From Candidatus Saccharimonadota bacterium (lineage in GTDB: Bacteria; Pseudomonadota; Gammaproteobacteria; Enterobacterales; Enterobacteriaceae), in NCBI RefSeq assembly GCF_023585745.1, contig NZ_CP097762.1, positions 30,001 to 62,000 of the forward strand: a stretch of DNA of 32,000 nucleotides, read 5' to 3'. Shown here one piece after another: positions 30,456 to 32,000 of the stretch. Made by a program: the position numbers and the translations under genes. A model generated the notes under the pieces. That model was not told where the DNA came from and made no database searches. It saw only the letters and a program-made list of their open reading frames with translations. Each line of letters begins with the position of its first letter. Positions within the stretch are counted from its first letter, which is position 1.

Positions 30456-31349
30456 TTAGTTTTTTGAATTATCATTATAACCTTGAGCTAAAGGCATACC
30501 AATTCGGGCTACATCATGTGGTTGAAATTTATTTATTATTACTTTTTTGCTGTCAAATAAGTTGATTACAGTAGACCCCAATTTAAATAATCCCATTTCA
30601 TTTCCCTTTTTTAATATGATTGTATTATGATGACTATCATTATTAGTGTCTTTTTGTGGATAATGCCAATGTTTAACTACACCAGCTCTTGGTGGAGTGA
30701 TAGTACCAAGCCATGTGGTTTTAATGCTACCTACTATCATGGAACCGATTAAAATTTGAGCCATATAACCAAAATTTGTTTCAAATATACAAATAACTCT
30801 TTCATTACGAGAAAATATATTAGGTATATTTGTTGCAATTTTTGGATTCACTGAAAATAAATCACCTGGTATGTATAGTACTTCACGTAACGTTCCTGTA
30901 CAAGGCATATAAACACGATGACAGTTTTGTACAGGTATATATATAATAGAAAAAATTCCATTAATGAAATAATTTATAATATTATCGTGTCCAGCTAGTA
31001 ATTCATCCAGATGATAGGAAATTCCTTTTACTTGAAAAATTTTTGTTTGATTTATTTTTCCGGTCTGAGTTATTATTCCGTCCGCCGGAATGATCAGTGT
31101 AGATGCATTATTATCGATAGGTCTAGCATTACTATGTAGTTTTCTAGTAAAAAATTCGTTAAATGTTGTATATTGGTTTATATTAATTTTTTCAAAATCT
31201 TTCATATCTATTTTATAAATTCGAATAAATAATTTAATAATGTAATGTGTGATGCATCCTCCTTTCCATGAAGCTCCTAAACCGATTAAATAAGTTATCC
31301 AGTATTTTGGCAATACATATTGTAGTAATACTTGTATTTTTTCTATCAT
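30456..31349 (-). CDS. psd: Phosphatidylserine decarboxylase proenzyme
   Basis: 297 aa. F.EFFTR.L....RP, PADG, Y.HLDELL, HRVYMP, NERV and the self-cleavage motif in [13 protein letters not shown] (LGST) are characteristic of Psd. Confidence 0.93.
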   Translation of the reverse strand: MIEKIQVLLQYVLPKYWITYLIGLGASWKGGCITHYIIKLFIRIYKIDMKDFEKININQYTTFNEFFTRKLHSNARPIDNNASTLIIPADGIITQTGKINQTKIFQVKGISYHLDELLAGHDNIINYFINGIFSIIYIPVQNCHRVYMPCTGTLREVLYIPGDLFSVNPKIATNIPNIFSRNERVICIFETNFGYMAQILIGSMIVGSIKTTWLGTITPPRAGVVKHWHYPQKDTNNDSHHNTIILKKGNEMGLFKLGSTVINLFDSKKVIINKFQPHDVARIGMPLAQGYNDNSKN

Positions 31350-31956
31350 AAAAGCACCTAATTTAAATTATTTTATATAATATTTAATTTAATAAAAATT
31401 GTACGTTTGATTTTTAGTATTTTGAGAAATACTATCTTAGTAAGATGTGACTATATCACATATAACGTAATATTTTGTATAAAATATACAAGTTATATGT
31501 ATTTTATATATTGCTACCAATAACATTGGTAGCAAATGTACATAAATTACGTATTATAAACGTGTTAAATAACTATCTATTAATAGAATTAATATACATA
31601 TATAGAAACCTGGAGTGTATGGATTAACTGATTTTTTATTACTTTTATTGATGATAATTCACTTAATATTTGTACATATTATACTGAAAGCATAAATATG
31701 GTATTATGCATAATAGAATTTATTATTTAACGCAATATTTTATTGTGTATTTTACTTTATTTAATTAATAAAGTTTTATACTTAATATTAAATTTTGAGT
31801 AATTAATTTATAGTGTTTATTATGTGTTAAGATTTATTTAAATACAGATTTGATATTATATTGTGTTTTATTTATTAAATATTATCAAAGTTATTATTGT
31901 ATAATAACAATATAATAATGTTAAAATATTCATTTTATTAATATAAGCGAGAATGC

Positions 31957-32000
31957 ATGTACAATGATAATTTAATATGGATAGATTTAGAAATGACTGG
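31957..32000 (+). CDS. orn: Oligoribonuclease, first 14 codons only (continues beyond the window)
   Basis: ATG TAC AAT GAT AAT TTA ATA TGG ATA GAT TTA GAA ATG ACT GG translates to MYNDNLIWIDLEMTG, matching the E. coli Orn N-terminus (..NENNLIWIDLEMTGLD, the DEDD exonuclease motif I) as recalled. It is divergent from psd, as expected from E. coli order once rsgA is removed. It is absent from the ORF track because it is truncated by the window edge. Confidence 0.75.
   Translation, partial: MYNDNLIWIDLEMT

Overview
This is a very AT-rich, gene-sparse window; by my coordinates about three quarters is coding. The gene content and order are those of a reduced Enterobacterales-derived insect endosymbiont. 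Blochmannia-like is my guess, and it is inference only. I can support 29 protein-coding genes, two of them truncated at the window edges: murA', degQ, yhcB, rplM, rpsI, dolP, rsmI, yqjA, rpoD, dnaG, rpsU, tsaD, plsY, folB, uppP, cca, hldE, ribB, plsC, metC, cutA, groES, groEL, efp, mscM, psd and orn'. I also support RNase P RNA (rnpB) and two tRNAs, Ile2-CAU and Phe-GAA. All are housekeeping genes whose products align convincingly with E. coli orthologues as I remember them. I see no mobile elements, no CRISPR array, no toxin-antitoxin or defence-like cassette, and no unexplained multi-gene cluster, so I do not think this window contains a novel system. The points worth a second look are small-scale. 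dnaG has an intact zinc-finger N-terminus but no ATG, GTG or TTG start, so ATT after a good Shine-Dalgarno (SD) is the likely start. Cca has a well-conserved polymerase half but an HD phosphohydrolase signature that looks eroded, while both tRNA genes lack an encoded CCA. A GC-rich sigma-32 promoter is strikingly preserved ahead of groES. There is a possible decayed FMN-riboswitch relic ahead of ribB. rnpB carries AT-rich helix expansions. In-frame A9-A10 tracts occur in metC and mscM. EF-P keeps its modification loop although both lysylation genes are missing from their syntenic positions. Several long AT-rich spacers sit exactly where E. coli carries genes, or at synteny breakpoints. All homology statements come from visual comparison with remembered sequences, not from searches.
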